Shown in pieces: positions 1-54,433 of a stretch of DNA of 64,000 nucleotides. The stretch lies in contig CM119265.1 of NCBI GenBank assembly GCA_051294375.1, forward strand, positions 23,242,776-23,306,775, given 5' to 3'. How positions within the stretch are numbered: position 1 is the stretch's first letter; every line of letters begins with the position of its first letter. The notes under the pieces are model-generated. The model saw only the letters and a program-made list of their open reading frames with translations, did no database searches and had not been told where the DNA came from. Position numbers and translations under genes: made by a program. This DNA comes from Paraspadella gotoi. Lineage: Eukaryota; Animalia; Chaetognatha.

Positions 1-40213
<40,213 letters not shown>

Positions 40214-40529
40214 CACTGATCACTAATCACTAATCACTAATCAGTGATTAGTGATCACTAATCAGTCCGCGTTGAAAAAATCTTTTCGAGAGTACGAGAC
40301 TTTTGTCGTCATTGTCCCTGCTGTTCTCGTCGTTCTTGTTTTTGTTTTCGAAATTGTTGTTATTGTTCCGGTCGTAGCGTTGTTGTTGTTATACTTTCGT
40401 CGATGAGAGAATCGCTTTCGCTCCCGTCGTCGTCGTCGTCGGCGTCGTCGTTGTTATGGTCGTCGTGGTCCTCTTAGTAGGTTGATGGGTGATCTGACGG
40501 AGAGGCTTGGCCCGCGACTTCCCATCCCA

Positions 40530-40623
<94 letters not shown>

Positions 40624-41432
40624 CTCTTACTTTTCACTGACTATAACTATTACTGCGTTTACAGGTTGCTCTTTTTTTTTTCGATCTTTACGCTCATCGA
40701 TCTTCGCCGTCTCTATGGTAACGAGGATGAAAAGCGGACGGCGGGACTCGAGTCTTGTGTGGCTTTTGAGGTCTTAGTACAGAGGAAAAGCTTTCTGTCG
40801 TTTGTAATTCCGACGTTAAAAAAGATTTATATAGTGTGGCGGTATATTCACACGGCCTCACGTCCATCGGCGTTCAGCCCATCCCATTGGCTCAGAGGGT
40901 GAACGCACCACACCCGACGTCGCTTCCAGTCCACAGTCCTAATGACTTCCCTCTGCGTTTGCAAAGCGAGACCGTCCTCAGGAATCCGCGCCAGTGACAG
41001 GTGGCTTCATTGAAGGTCGGTAGCCTCTACAACCATAATAGTATCATTAATCGCCGATAACTTTGTAAAATCGATGGGGATGAATGAAAGTTTTGTTTTT
41101 AAACAAATTGAGATAAATTAACTTAAGGTCTGACAATATCCTTCGATAACAAGTTAGTTCAGATGGTTACAAGGTCTCTGGTTTGCTAGCAAACTCTGTC
41201 ATGTTCATTATTAAACCTGCCTCGTTAATTTAAAAAAAAAATAATAAAGCTTCGCTTCAAACAATTGACATGGAATCGGCGGATAATTTTATATTCCATT
41301 TAAAAAATGATCGTCGTCGCTGATTATAATAAGATCGGTTAATTAACGAGTGCGCGCAACGGATACGAAAAAAAAAGAACAAAAATTTCATTTGGGGCAT
41401 CCGATGTGTTGTCGATGAAAAAGTCGATGTCT

Positions 41433-43036
41433 TTAACGACCCCAGCCCCATCCACCCCATCCGCCCATCCAGGGCATTCCCCAGCCCCATCCGCCCCATC
41501 CGCCCCAGTACCCGTTCCTAGAAAAAAGAATAATCAAGTCTTAATTTGTAGAAGAGATGTAAAAAACGGTAATTCAAATGTGTTGCGCCGCAGTGACGTG
41601 TATATTTCTCAGGACACAACGTGACATGACATGTCAATAGTTTTTTTTTTGGTCATTGTTTGGATTTTCGTTGAACCAAAAACTTAAAAATATTAAAAGT
41701 GAACAAAAATTAATTTAAATAAATTTAAAATTATTATTTAATTAATTAATTTTGGTTTTGGTAGATTGACAAAATGTAATCTTGATTGTTGTCGTATGGG
41801 GGAAAAACGTTATATACTCAGGAAGAGAATAGTATATCACAATAAATAAATAATTTTTTTTTTGGTGTGACCGAATGACAATTTTTACCATTTTTCTCAA
41901 GAAAGAGAAACAAATATTCAGAAAGACATTAACAGAACACCAGCTCAAAAAGAGACAGACCGACCGAAAAAGCGTGATATATCGACACTCAGCCGAAACT
42001 AATAAAATGATAAACGAATAAAATAATATTTAAAAAAATATATTTAAGCTAAAGAAGAAATTCTCACGATTCATCAACGACGACTCCCTCGGGCTTCGGT
42101 CCGCGCGTCGCATCCGGTGCCGGCTCCGACAATCCTCGCTCCGCCCACATTTCCACGATGGTGTCCCTTGAAATGAAAGATATATGGAAAGCTGGGACTC
42201 TGGGCTCTGAACCTGAAGTGGGACCACTCCATGTCAGGGAGGCGATTTTTGAAGACGGTCACAGGCTAATTGTTTTCAACTGAGGCGACTTACCACCGGT
42301 CTCCTCTCTCTAAACCCTTCCTCTCTCCTCTTTCTCCTTTCGTCTTCTTCACAACTTTAATTATGGGCAGACTTAATTTTTTTTTTTTTATGGATATTTA
42401 ATTTTTTCAGACTTTTTAGACAACTAAATTTAGACTTGAATTTTCCAAGCGAAAAAACGTTACCTTTGCAATTCAGTTATTCGGCCGCTTATATTCCGCC
42501 CACGTTTCCTAAAATACGGAAAACAAATTTTAGTTTTATTTTGTTAATGAAATGAAATTGGTACAACCAATATAAAAATTATTCATTCATTTAATAAATA
42601 AGCTATCTTGTCCCTGACTTTGGACAGGCTTTGGTGGTTTAAGGCCTCCATCACTCTTACTAGATAATGACATAACAGGTTCCTGCAAGCTTTCAATCAA
42701 GACTCTCTCACAGTCTCGTTTATTCACTCCCAGAGTACCTAGTTTCCCTATCAATGAAGTGGAAAATATTTCAAAGAATGTTTCAATTATATGTATATGT
42801 TTCAGAACTGTTATTTCCATTTAAATAATGATAAAAACAGATGAAGTTTTTTTTTCTTCTATGACAAATATTAAAGTGAAGTATTTTCTGTATTTTTCTT
42901 ACATTTTTCTCTCCCATTTTCCTTTCGTTTTTCTCAAATCCCCCCCACCCACGATTACCTGTGTATCTTCTTCGGCAAAGACTTGCGAAATGACGACTGC
43001 GACGATGACCAACAAAGAAAACAGTTTGAACGCCAT
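41433..43036 (-). CDS. Secreted prepropeptide with C-terminal Gly/Trp-rich amidated peptide (GW-peptide gene 1), carrying a 1-nt frameshift in exon 2
   Basis: Exons 42959-43036 (signal MAFKLFSLLVIVAVVISQVFA), 42464-42508, 42068-42166 and 41433-41517 (NGYWGGWGGWGWGMPWMGGWGGWGWGR*). Removing one base in exon 2 gives ETWAEYKxRITELQRDTIVEMWAERGLSEP, which aligns with gene 2. Confidence 0.75.
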
Positions 43037-44997
43037 CTTGAAGTTGGTGCTGAATGCAAGTTTGTGATGGGAAGGTTTTTAATTTCCTTAAATATTTCTC
43101 GGATCGCAATTTTTAACTTCATTTCTCTTCGATAAAAAAGTTTAATGACCAGAAACGGTCAGAATCGTATAACAGACCAACATAATTCCCAACGTATTTC
43201 TCTCTTCTCACTTAGTCTCTATTTCATATCCTTTATTATACGGAGTATACAGATTATTTTTTGATAAATTTATTTCAATTTTAAATTTACTTCATGAGGA
43301 TAATTTACCAAGTTGAAATTTAGGATAAAATTGTTTTATGATAAAAATAATCTCCATTTAAACAGAGTAACATATTCTCATTTCCCCGATACCTGGAAAG
43401 AAAGAAGAGCAATATTCGATTCGGTGACTTGAAAATCGATGGTGAAGGGAAGTGAAGTGAACAAAGAAAATTAAGAGATGATTAGAATTTCTCTTTTTAT
43501 TGGAATGAAGTAGGAAGAGGAGGAGGAGGAGGAAGAGGAGGATGAGGAGAAAGATGGGAATGAGGGGGGAAAAAGTTAGGCTCAAACTTCGCCTCACCAA
43601 TTCATCTTTGGATCGGTGAGACTCACTACTGTTTGAAAGACGATTCCATGTGAAGTTGGGTGAGAGTACATGGAATAATATGTGATCCAAACAGATTAAC
43701 AATAATTTTAATACAATTAAAAATATTCATCAACATTATTTAAAAAAACGTTGACCAAAATTGTTTTTAATTAGAAAGAAGAAAAGAAATTCAAAAAAAA
43801 ATTCACCTCCTCATTCTCAGATTAAATTTTCCGGTTATTTTAGTTATTTTAGAGTCCTTTCACTAGAGATAGCATAGACCCACACTCAGTTAATGAAAGA
43901 AAGAAAATTAGAAATACGGAAGGAAAAGGGAAAAAAAGAAGTTGACAGTTGAATGTTTCCATCCTGGAGACAAAATTAGAATTAATTTTTGGCGTTTTTG
44001 TCTTAATGCACATATTTTTTTTTTCGTCTCCTAATTATACTAATCTAAACCCTAAAAATTATCAGATGCGCAAATACATTTACTTAAAACTATCCATTTT
44101 TACCAAAAAATAAAGTTTAAAAAGCTCCAGGTGCAACACTTAAAATCGTTTATATTAATCATAAAAACATTTCATTGTTAATGCGTCATATACTGACAAA
44201 TTCTTTCTTTTCTTTAAGGATGTATTTTATTTACCCCATTGTGTCATTTGTATTAACTTGTTCTTCGCAATAATAATTTATAACACCTAATTTGAAAAGC
44301 AGTAATTTCAATTATATTTCTGATAAAAATGTTATCTCAAAGATGAATTTCAAAAAGTATATGAACCCTAAGATTACAGATTAAGGAAAGTTAATGGAAT
44401 TTTTCACATCGTTCCAATAATTTTATTCTTTCTATTGTCTCTTTGGAAAAAGTCAGAATCTTCACATCACGTCATTCTACTTTGAAATTAAATTTGAAAA
44501 TTTAAAATTGAAATTGAAGTTGTCTTTTTTTTTTACGTGGGTGATATGAAATTTAAAGTATTTCATTGTCGGCAATTTTATGACACAAATCAATATTGTC
44601 GAAATTGCATGTCGGGCCGCCATGACGATTCACTTGTTTGAAATTTCGGGAGGTACCGCCTGGTAGGTTCACTTAATAATACTAAAAAATGATAAATCCA
44701 TTAAAACCTTAGTTGTAACTTATAACTATATCATCATATTTATTTCGAACAAACCGTTTTAGTCATTTTTTTAAAAGATACTAGTAAGCTTTTTCAAAAT
44801 CAATTCTTTTATACATTTTAACAATATCATTTTAACCAAGTCATATATAGCTACTAACTCTTTTTACCTAAGCCGCTGCAACATTAAAATGTTTCAAGTT
44901 CGTCGACGTTTCATTTTTCGATCCTTGATGTTTTTATAGCAACGTTCATTGTAAGACTTAATAATAGGGAACAAAGCTAAAAAAGTATTTCACTGAC

Positions 44998-47900
44998 ATG
45001 ATGAAAGCCTCACTATTTTTTATATTCTCTTTGGGTAAGTTTGACCGTATAATTTTTTTAAAAAAATAAACAATTTTAAAAATTCCAAGAACGGGGATCT
45101 TACGTGATTTCACGCAACCAATCAATCAATCAATCGATCAATCGATTTCCAGCGTTATCTTGCGGTGGCGCCCTCAAGTGGAAAGGCCGTTACTCTCGCG
45201 GCGCCAACGACGACAGTAACGCCCGTAGCGCCAGCGCCGCCGCCGACGCCGCAGCCAACGCCGCCGCGAAGAGAGGCCTGAACGACGAAGAAGCAGCCAT
45301 CGCTTCTCCGCTCGACGTACTCGTTCGGGCAGTAGACGAAGCAGGGAATTCGGGTCCGCTCTGATTTTGATTGATTGGTAGACTCAATGACTTATTGATT
45401 GGTTCCTTGATTGAATACTAATTGATTGATTCAATGAATTAATCAATCAATGAATTGTTAATGTATGAATTAATGATTGTATAAAGGAATTGATTGATTG
45501 ATTGATTGATTGATTTTATTGAGTGATAGATTGATTGATTAGTAGATTGGTTACTAATTAATCATTTAGGTTACGATATTTATCTGATCAATTTTAATGT
45601 TTACCCGTAAACAAAAGTAAACAAAAGTAGACAAAACTTATTACCTAATTAGGTAATTCCGGAATTTACATAAATAATTACGTGAATATTTTCCCCAGAC
45701 TCGACCGATCTGCCTAAACCTTCCCAGCCGACGCCGACGCCGACCCACGATCCTGATTGGTACGATAACAATTGCGAGGAAGTTTGCGCCAAAAAGAAAG
45801 AGATCGCTCCGCCACTACCGAAGGACGACTGCGACTGGTGACAGACATTTGCAACGCGCTCATCCATTAATTATAGATATACTAATACAGTATATGAGGG
45901 GTATTGAGGGTATTGAAACAAAACACTATAATGCTCTAGTTACTGCGGAGGTTAATTAAATTAAATAATTAAAAATCTCTAGTTACTGTATTGAAACAAA
46001 ATTCTAAAATCCTGTAGTTTTTGCTCCGATTACTGTGGAAGTTGCTAACTGCTCTCGGCTAACTTGTCATGGTTTATACTAACAAATACTTCCCTTCAAG
46101 GTACGCTCCGGAATACAACAAAACGTGCAATTGTATCGTTGCTTACAGATGCTGCAAGAAAACGTGCCCGCCGGTCGTCGGAGCCAATTGTAAACCGGGT
46201 AAACCATTTAATAACCATAACCATTACTATAAATTTTAAACCTTAAATTACAAAAAAAAAGTTTTCTTGATTTTTACTAATAGTTAAATTTTCCACTTGT
46301 TGACAAAAGGAGAGAGTTACAAACACGAAACGACGGATTGCTGTCGCTGCAAGACTGAAGAGTGCATCGCTTGTCCGACCCCTGATCCACCCATGTGCAA
46401 CCCGGCGTGCGAGCGGCTCGTCTTCTCGAAGGATTATAACAAATGCACGACTCCAAAGTGTCAGAGAATTTGTCCCGAACAGCAAGTAAGAACAAACGGG
46501 GATTTTTAACGACAGTGTTTGACACTGTTTGTAACTCTGAATTATGATTAACGTGCATCGGACGACCGCATTGTCATCCTTCCAGCCGCCTGATTGCGGT
46601 CCTTGCATGAAAGCAGAGTCGTATCACAACGGGACCTTTTGCAACTGCGAACAGTGGAGATGCGTTCAAAGAAAGTGCCAAGGTAAAGCTGTCTGATCAA
46701 TCCGGTCAATCTATGGTAATTGCCAAAGCTAGGGCAAAGTGACCGTGTGGATTGACCGGCACGGAGAAAGAGGAGAGAGGAAGGGTTTAAAAAGAGACCG
46801 GTGGTAAGTCGCCTCAGCTGTAAAGGTGATCTTTCTGTCAAATTTTATCCAGCATTAAATTGTAGTGTTGCATCGGATCTATGAATCACGGATAAGTCAC
46901 TCGCGAATAATCAAAAATCAATATCAAGTTCCCAACTTCTTTAACTTCTTTAACCTTTCCTTCACAAGCCATCCCTCTCGCGCCTAAACAATGCCACAAG
47001 ATCGACGAATCTGTCGACGTCTGCGGATGTTTGCAGAAACAATACAACAGAGAAAAGTTCTGCGAAAGGACGAACCAAAAAGCGAAGGAGTTACGTTGCG
47101 ACGACCCGCTGCTGCCGGATTCTTGCTTGCAGAAAGTCGTCAGGAAGGTGGGAGTGAGAGGGGATATTGTGATATTTGTGGAGAGTGGATATTGTCAGAG
47201 TGAGAGCGAGGGTGTGTTAGAGGGGATATTGTGATATTGTGAGAGTGGATATTGTCAGAGTGAGAGCGAGGGTGTGTGTGAGAGGGGATATTGTGATATT
47301 GTGAGAGTGGATATTGGCAGAGTGAGAGCGAGGGTGTGTGTGAGAGGGGATATTGTGATATTGTGAGAGTGGATATTGTCAGAGTGAGAGCGAGGGGTGT
47401 GTGTGAGGGGATATTGTGATATTGTGAGAGGATATTGTCAGAGTGAGAGCGAGGGTGTGGGTGAGAGGGGATATTGTCTGAGTGAGAGCGAGGGTGTGTG
47501 TGAGAGGGGATATTGTGATATTGTGAGAGTGGATATTGTCAGAGTGAGACGGGATGTGGGTGAGAGGGGATATTGTGATATTGTGAGAGTGGATATTGTC
47601 AGAGTGAGAGCAAGGGTGTGTGTGAGAGGGGATATTGTGATATTGTCAGAGTGGATATTGTCCGAGGGTAATAGATGTAAAATAGTGTGATGAACTTGAT
47701 GATCTGAAGTCGTTGTTTCTCTCAGGATAAGTGCGGTTGCGACGACCCAGAATGCATTCAAAAGGTTGAAAATTGCGTGAGTGGGAGTGACTGAGTGAGT
47801 CGGAGTGGATAATGATTTTGTGATAATGTGAGTGTGGATATTGTCAGAGGGTAGGCGCAAGAGAGAGACTGATGTAAAATTGCTTTCTTGCTTTTTCCGC

Positions 47901-50295
47901 TTTCTAGTAAGATTGCTTTGCTTACAGAAATTCTTCAAGAGCCTGAGAGAGGATTTTGTGAGAGTGAGAGTTAGGCAGTGAGAGTGAGAGTGGATATTGT
48001 CCGAGGGTGAGCGCAGGTAAGGGAAAGAAGTAAAATAGCGTTACCAACTTCACGATCCGAAATCCCTGTTTCCCTCAGGATAAATGCGGTTGTGACGATC
48101 CGGAGTGCATTCAAAAGGCTGAAACTTGCCAACAAAAGTTCGATCTAGACGCGGGATGCCCTCGGGGTAAACAGTATGTTGTATTCACGACTTAATCGAA
48201 CATTCAGCACCAGCGTTTGACCGGGCACCGTCAATGAATGAATTGACATTTTCGGTTATCTTCTGCAGGACATTATCCCAGCTCAGGATTGACCCCTTGT
48301 GGTCAAGATCGCGACATTTGCCTCAAATGTGCGGAACCTAATTTCGAAGAGGAATGCGACAAAAATTGCAGCAAGGTCGTCAGCGAAAAAGACGTGTTTG
48401 GTTGTACTGTTCAGGTGATAATGCCAGTAGTACGGTAGTTATAAATTCGATAGGTTTATTGCTTTGTAGATAATACGTAAATAACACAGTGGAATTGTCA
48501 AAAATCACGCTCTTATTTCATACTTTTTTTTGTGGTTTATTTGTATGCCTTTTTGCATGCACCGTTAAACCTGTTTTTAACGAATAAAATATATTTCATA
48601 TTTTACTTTTCTCTCTTCAGCGCTGTATCCCCAACATTTGCCGGGCGATCACGCCAGAATGCAAATACTGCGAGCAAATAATGATGAAGTACGACGCTTG
48701 CGGTTGTCCGGTCGCCTCCTGCGTCCCGCGCTGTTCGGACATCGATGAAGCGGACTGCCCCGGTGGACCTAACTTCGCCATGGTCCACAAGGACGTTTGC
48801 GGTTGTCAGAGAGTCGTGTGCCTCTCGCATCCTCGTGAGTGTCCCGTCATCAATTATAAGTTTTAGATTAATTATTCTTATTAAAACTGCTTTGGTTCTT
48901 CAATGTATTTAATTCTAACGTTTCCTTAAAGCGATCATGGTTGTTTTGTATATTTTTCAGATACATGACAAGTAACTGTAAACTTGAGATTTTCATTGTT
49001 GTATTTTATGAGTAATTATGAATACTCGAGCTTTAAACAACGAACAACTTTAACTTTTCCCCCAGGTCAACTGGAAACAATGTACATAGGAACTTTCTCT
49101 ATTGAGAAGCGTGAAATGAGTTGGGAAGAGGCTGAAAACTTTTGTGGAGCCAGAGGCGGTTATTTGGCCATCATAGGTAGGAAACGTTGGTGACCGTCTT
49201 AAAAACAAAAGGCACCTATTTTAACGACTTCGACAAGAGTTTATTTCACGTCAGGTCAGGGATCAGGATGAAGTTTTACATGTATATGTTAAAATATGAG
49301 CCTAAATCTCCTCTATTACTTATTAGTCGAACAATCTATTAGCTATGAGTCGTTTTTGTTGTTTCCTTGTCGCAGGGGGCTTGACGGAAGAGAACGCCAT
49401 TCGCAGAATTCCATACTTTGATCCAAAACTTTCTTATTGGATCGGCGCCACTTGCGAGAAAAAAGGTATTTCTCATAGTCGTGGTGGATATTTCCCTCGC
49501 GATAACTATCCTTTAAGTATTATTTCAATTAAAAGGTCTTTGACAATAGTTAATAGCGCTATTATTTATGAGTATTCCCATCTTGATTGAGTGGGGGTCG
49601 CATGTAAGGAAATCGTCCAGCTATTTTTATTTTTTATAAATCTAGCAACTATCATTGCAAAATAACATTATTTATTCTTCTATTTGTAAGATTTTTCGTG
49701 ATACAGGAACCGAAAATTATTATTGGATGTTTGAAGGAAAGAAGTTTTCGTTCAAGGATGCTCCTTACCCGTGCAGTAGAATAAGGTGAGGTAAAGAGGT
49801 TTCATGGTGCAAAAGAAAACTTTTTGCTTTCATTCTAATTTGCATGTCTCTTGAATCTTTAGAGAATTGTTTCTTAGAATTATATCGCTTTTTAAAATAT
49901 ATACATTATATAATCGATAGCATAACTGTAAATCACAAATCAATCAATCAATCTATCAATTTCCTTCAATCAATTTCCGTTTATATTTGTTCCTACTCGA
50001 CGCTTTGGTCTTTTCTCTCTATCAAAATTTCGCATCATCGAATCCTCGTTTTAGCGAATTTCCTCGCAATTTTCGCTTTTAACGAATTCCGCTTTTGTCC
50101 CCCCCCCCGCCCCCCTCTTAAAAAAGACAAAACATCGTGACGGAGCCGGGATGTGAATCCGACTGGATGGGAGTCAGATTGACTGGCGCCGAAGGCTGGA
50201 CGAAGTATGACGTCGAAGTGGACGCCGACGGCTTTATCTGCGAGTATCCGACGCGGGAAGACGGAAATGAGATGATGAAAAAGAAGAAGAGATGA
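44998..50295 (+). CDS. Secreted Cys-rich (antistasin-like DxCGC repeats) protein with C-terminal C-type lectin-like domain, about 607 aa
   Basis: Exons 44998-45034, 45153-45353, 45699-45837, 46101-46198, 46310-46485, 46586-46682, 46969-47147, (47726-47776), 48079-48166, 48269-48414, 48621-48834, 49066-49176, 49376-49465, 49707-49785, 50127-50295. Signal MMKASLFFIFSLALSCGGA; CTLD motifs MSWEEAENFC..GGYLAII, YWIGA, GFICE. Confidence 0.85.
47150..47670. repeat. ~62-bp intronic minisatellite
   Basis: Unit gagaggggatattgtgatattgtgagagtggatattgtcagagtgagagcgagggtgtgtgt. Confidence 0.9.
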
Positions 50296-50853
50296 TGAGA
50301 CAGATGATGAAAAAGAAGAAGAGATGATGGAGATCAAGTAGGAAAAGAAGAAAACGGGAGAAACTACTATTCTAATATCAAGTACATTTAAAGAGAGAAG
50401 TCTGAAAAGTAAAAGTTTACTTATAATTAGAATATACTTTATAATCGAGTTGGTAATGAAAAACTAAATACATATTGTTTAAATTAAATTATTTAACTTT
50501 GCTATATGATTTTGTTTGAAAGCAACCTTTTTTTCGTTTGTGCTTCCCTTTTTATAGACAGAAAAAGAAAAGTTAGATTAAAATTTGAGAAGTACTTTTA
50601 AAGTTTCATATACTATTTTTATAGAGTTTAACTTTATTTTCAAAAACCTACGAAGTCTAAAAAAATAAACAAATTTCGTGAGAAAAGTAAAATTTTATTT
50701 CGTTTTCACAAACTTAAAAAAAAAAACTTATAAAGGCAGAGAATTTTAAGTCACAACTAAGCGAGATAATTCACTGAAAAGTGAGAAATATCGAGCGTCG
50801 AAGATTAACATGGGGTCCTTTTCCCCAAAAACTTGTGAATTCCCTCACACCGA

Positions 50854-50930
<77 letters not shown>

Positions 50931-50996
50931 CCCAACGGTTCAAAAAAGGATTCATCCAGGCTTTAGGAGAGACGACCATCGTGAGTCTCAATCTGA

Positions 50997-51036
<40 letters not shown>

Positions 51037-51109
51037 CTTTTAAACCCGGATCTTTCGAACTGCGTTTTGCCAACTTCAAGAGTCGAATAAAAAAAATATC
51101 GACGACTCT

Positions 51110-52325
51110 TCAATCCAAAAAACCAGCGACTCGCCTGTTTCCGCCTGATGGAAATCCTCGCGCCTGACGAGTCCCTCGACTTCCAAAAAAATCGTTTCTC
51201 GCCGGCGCGAACTTACGCAACATAAACCTAGACGACGCCCCTTTCCCTGCCGGCGCCGCTTTTCGTACCGGCGCGGCCATCTTGTTTTGAGGCGTCGCTT
51301 CATCGGCGTTAATAGGAGAATACGAAGCCGGTTGAAAGGCTGGGGCTGAGGCTGAGGCTGAGGCTGAGGCTGAGGCTGGGGCTGAGGCTGGGAACGGGTC
51401 TGGTGTTAAAGACAAAACAATGGTATTTTTAAAAAAGAAAAACGTTCCTCCAGTGGTCCTGCTATCCCTCCGGATGTCCGTTTTAATTTTTTATCCTAAT
51501 CTAATAAAGAAAAGGAAAAGGCGATTAGCCTTGAATAAATCTTATTTCTTGCATTTTAACTTTGCTGTTATTCAGCCTGTATGGTACCTCTTTTTAAAAA
51601 AAAAAATCACTGCCTCCAAATTGATAGCTCGATTTTTATAAAATTAATGCCAAACTTTTGATCTTTTAGAGAACTTTATTTTAATTTCATTATTTATTTT
51701 ACCTTTAAATAATATCTAGAGCGATTTTTATTTTTTAAAGGCTGATATGAAATTTTTTTTTTTGTCCGACTTTGACCGAACGGATCGGCAATTTACATCT
51801 AAGACTTGGAGCGGGGTTCACTTAGGTTCAATCAGGGGTTCACCCAGATTGAATCAGGGATTCACCCAGGTTCAGCCCGTAATTAACCAACGCCAACTGC
51901 AGACTTACCCATTCGTTCGACGGCGGGGATCAAAGGCCCCAACCCAAGCGGCGGCGGCAGACGAGCGAAGTTGGCCGTCGACGGGTCGAGGGGGAGTACG
52001 CGGGGGCCGAGTGGCGGACCTGGGAGTGGGGGTGGTGGTGTTATAGATAATAATACATCATCATCATCATCATCATCATCAACATCACCTCTCAGCCTCT
52101 CCATCAACCCCGGCGTCCCCAGCACCGAATCCATGAGTTGATCCCGAGTGAAGAGACGACGAAGATTTCGAGCGACGGCGGTGGCAGCCACCGCTGCTGC
52201 GCCGGTTAGACCTCCCGCATCCGCCGCCGCTGCCGCCGCCGCAGCACCAGACTCACCGCCGGCGAAGGCAGCTGCCGAAGCGAAGGGCGGGGGTCCATCG
52301 GGTTCGAGAATGAGCGATGGGTTTC
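51110..52325 (-). CDS. Ala/Pro-rich protein exons with a basic C-terminus; first exon not identified (possibly an alternative 3' end of GW-peptide gene 2)
   Basis: Exons 52089-52325, 51909-52019 and 51110-51399 are all phase 1 with GT-AG introns. Translation GNPSLILEPDGPPPFASAAAFAGG..ARNLRRLFTRDQLMDSVLG..RRVAGFLD*. Confidence 0.55.
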
Positions 52326-53215
52326 CTGAAAGAAAAACGGGTAAAAATTAGTATTAAAAGACTAATTAGTTTGTAGCTTTTCGATTATATCAAATAAACA
52401 ATTAATTTAATGAGAGAAAAGGCTTTTCAAGCTCCAATTGATTATAATTGATAATTTCCTAGATCTCTATTTTTCAATTAGGTGGCCAATTTTCGTTCTT
52501 TACTGCATTTCTACGTAATAGTTGTTGAAGGTTGCATTTATTTAATGTTTTCTTATATAAAATATGTTGGTGCTTCTAACAAGCCGTGCAAAATAGTAAT
52601 ATAAATGACACTTTCTATTTTTAATCATGCTATTTAAAAGTACTGGAAAATTGTTATATTTTAGTCCGCTCTGAAATAAATGCAATAAACTGACCCATGA
52701 AAGGGGTATTGGGTAGTGGCTAGCATGAGTTTTTTTAAACTTTTTTCCCTTTTTTAATATTTTTAAGCATTTTTATAACAATATAATTGTAATATTGACC
52801 GGAATATGATCTAATAATAGTTTATACTTAGTAATATCATCGTACCTCAAATTAAGCTCACTGAAGACATTTTTTTCTCAAAAGAATCAAACAAAAAAAT
52901 AGAATAATGAAATCACGTAAAAAAAAAAAAAGAAAACTCGTAAACACGACAATTGGGTTTTTGACTTGGTTATTACGGTTCGAACGACAGCCATAAAAAG
53001 AGTATAAAAAAGTATAATATTTTTCCTCTGATTTAAAATCAATAAAAATTCCAAGTGAGAAGGAATTATATATATTTTTGGGGATTTTATTGTTTATTGA
53101 AGAAATAATTGTGCGAATAAAAAGAAATTTAAAGCCGACGAAGGGAGGAATGTCAACTTTGAATTTTATGGTCAATTCCGACGAAGGACTTTTACGTCCT
53201 CGGACGAAAGGATCT

Positions 53216-54433
<1,218 letters not shown>

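Noticed and set aside
40950-41000. Hammerhead ribozyme (CTGAGGA on the minus strand)
   Set aside because: No properly placed GAAA core or consistent stems.
42270-42340. Apparent microexon with a gtaagt donor
   Set aside because: The same sequence occurs inverted near 46765-46820, so it is a dispersed repeat.
42070-42480. In-frame TGA codons in GW gene 1 as selenocysteine
   Set aside because: That frame hits further TGAs, no convincing SECIS was seen, and a 1-nt correction gives homology to gene 2.
52000-52180. BEN domain (ARNLRRLFTRDQL..LDP)
   Set aside because: Only partial resemblance; the following sequence is Pro/Ala low complexity with no C-terminal BEN helices.
52250-52325. RFamide-like WTPALRFG in an alternative frame
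   Set aside because: The Gly is not followed by a basic cleavage site, it is a single copy, and another frame is the long open one.
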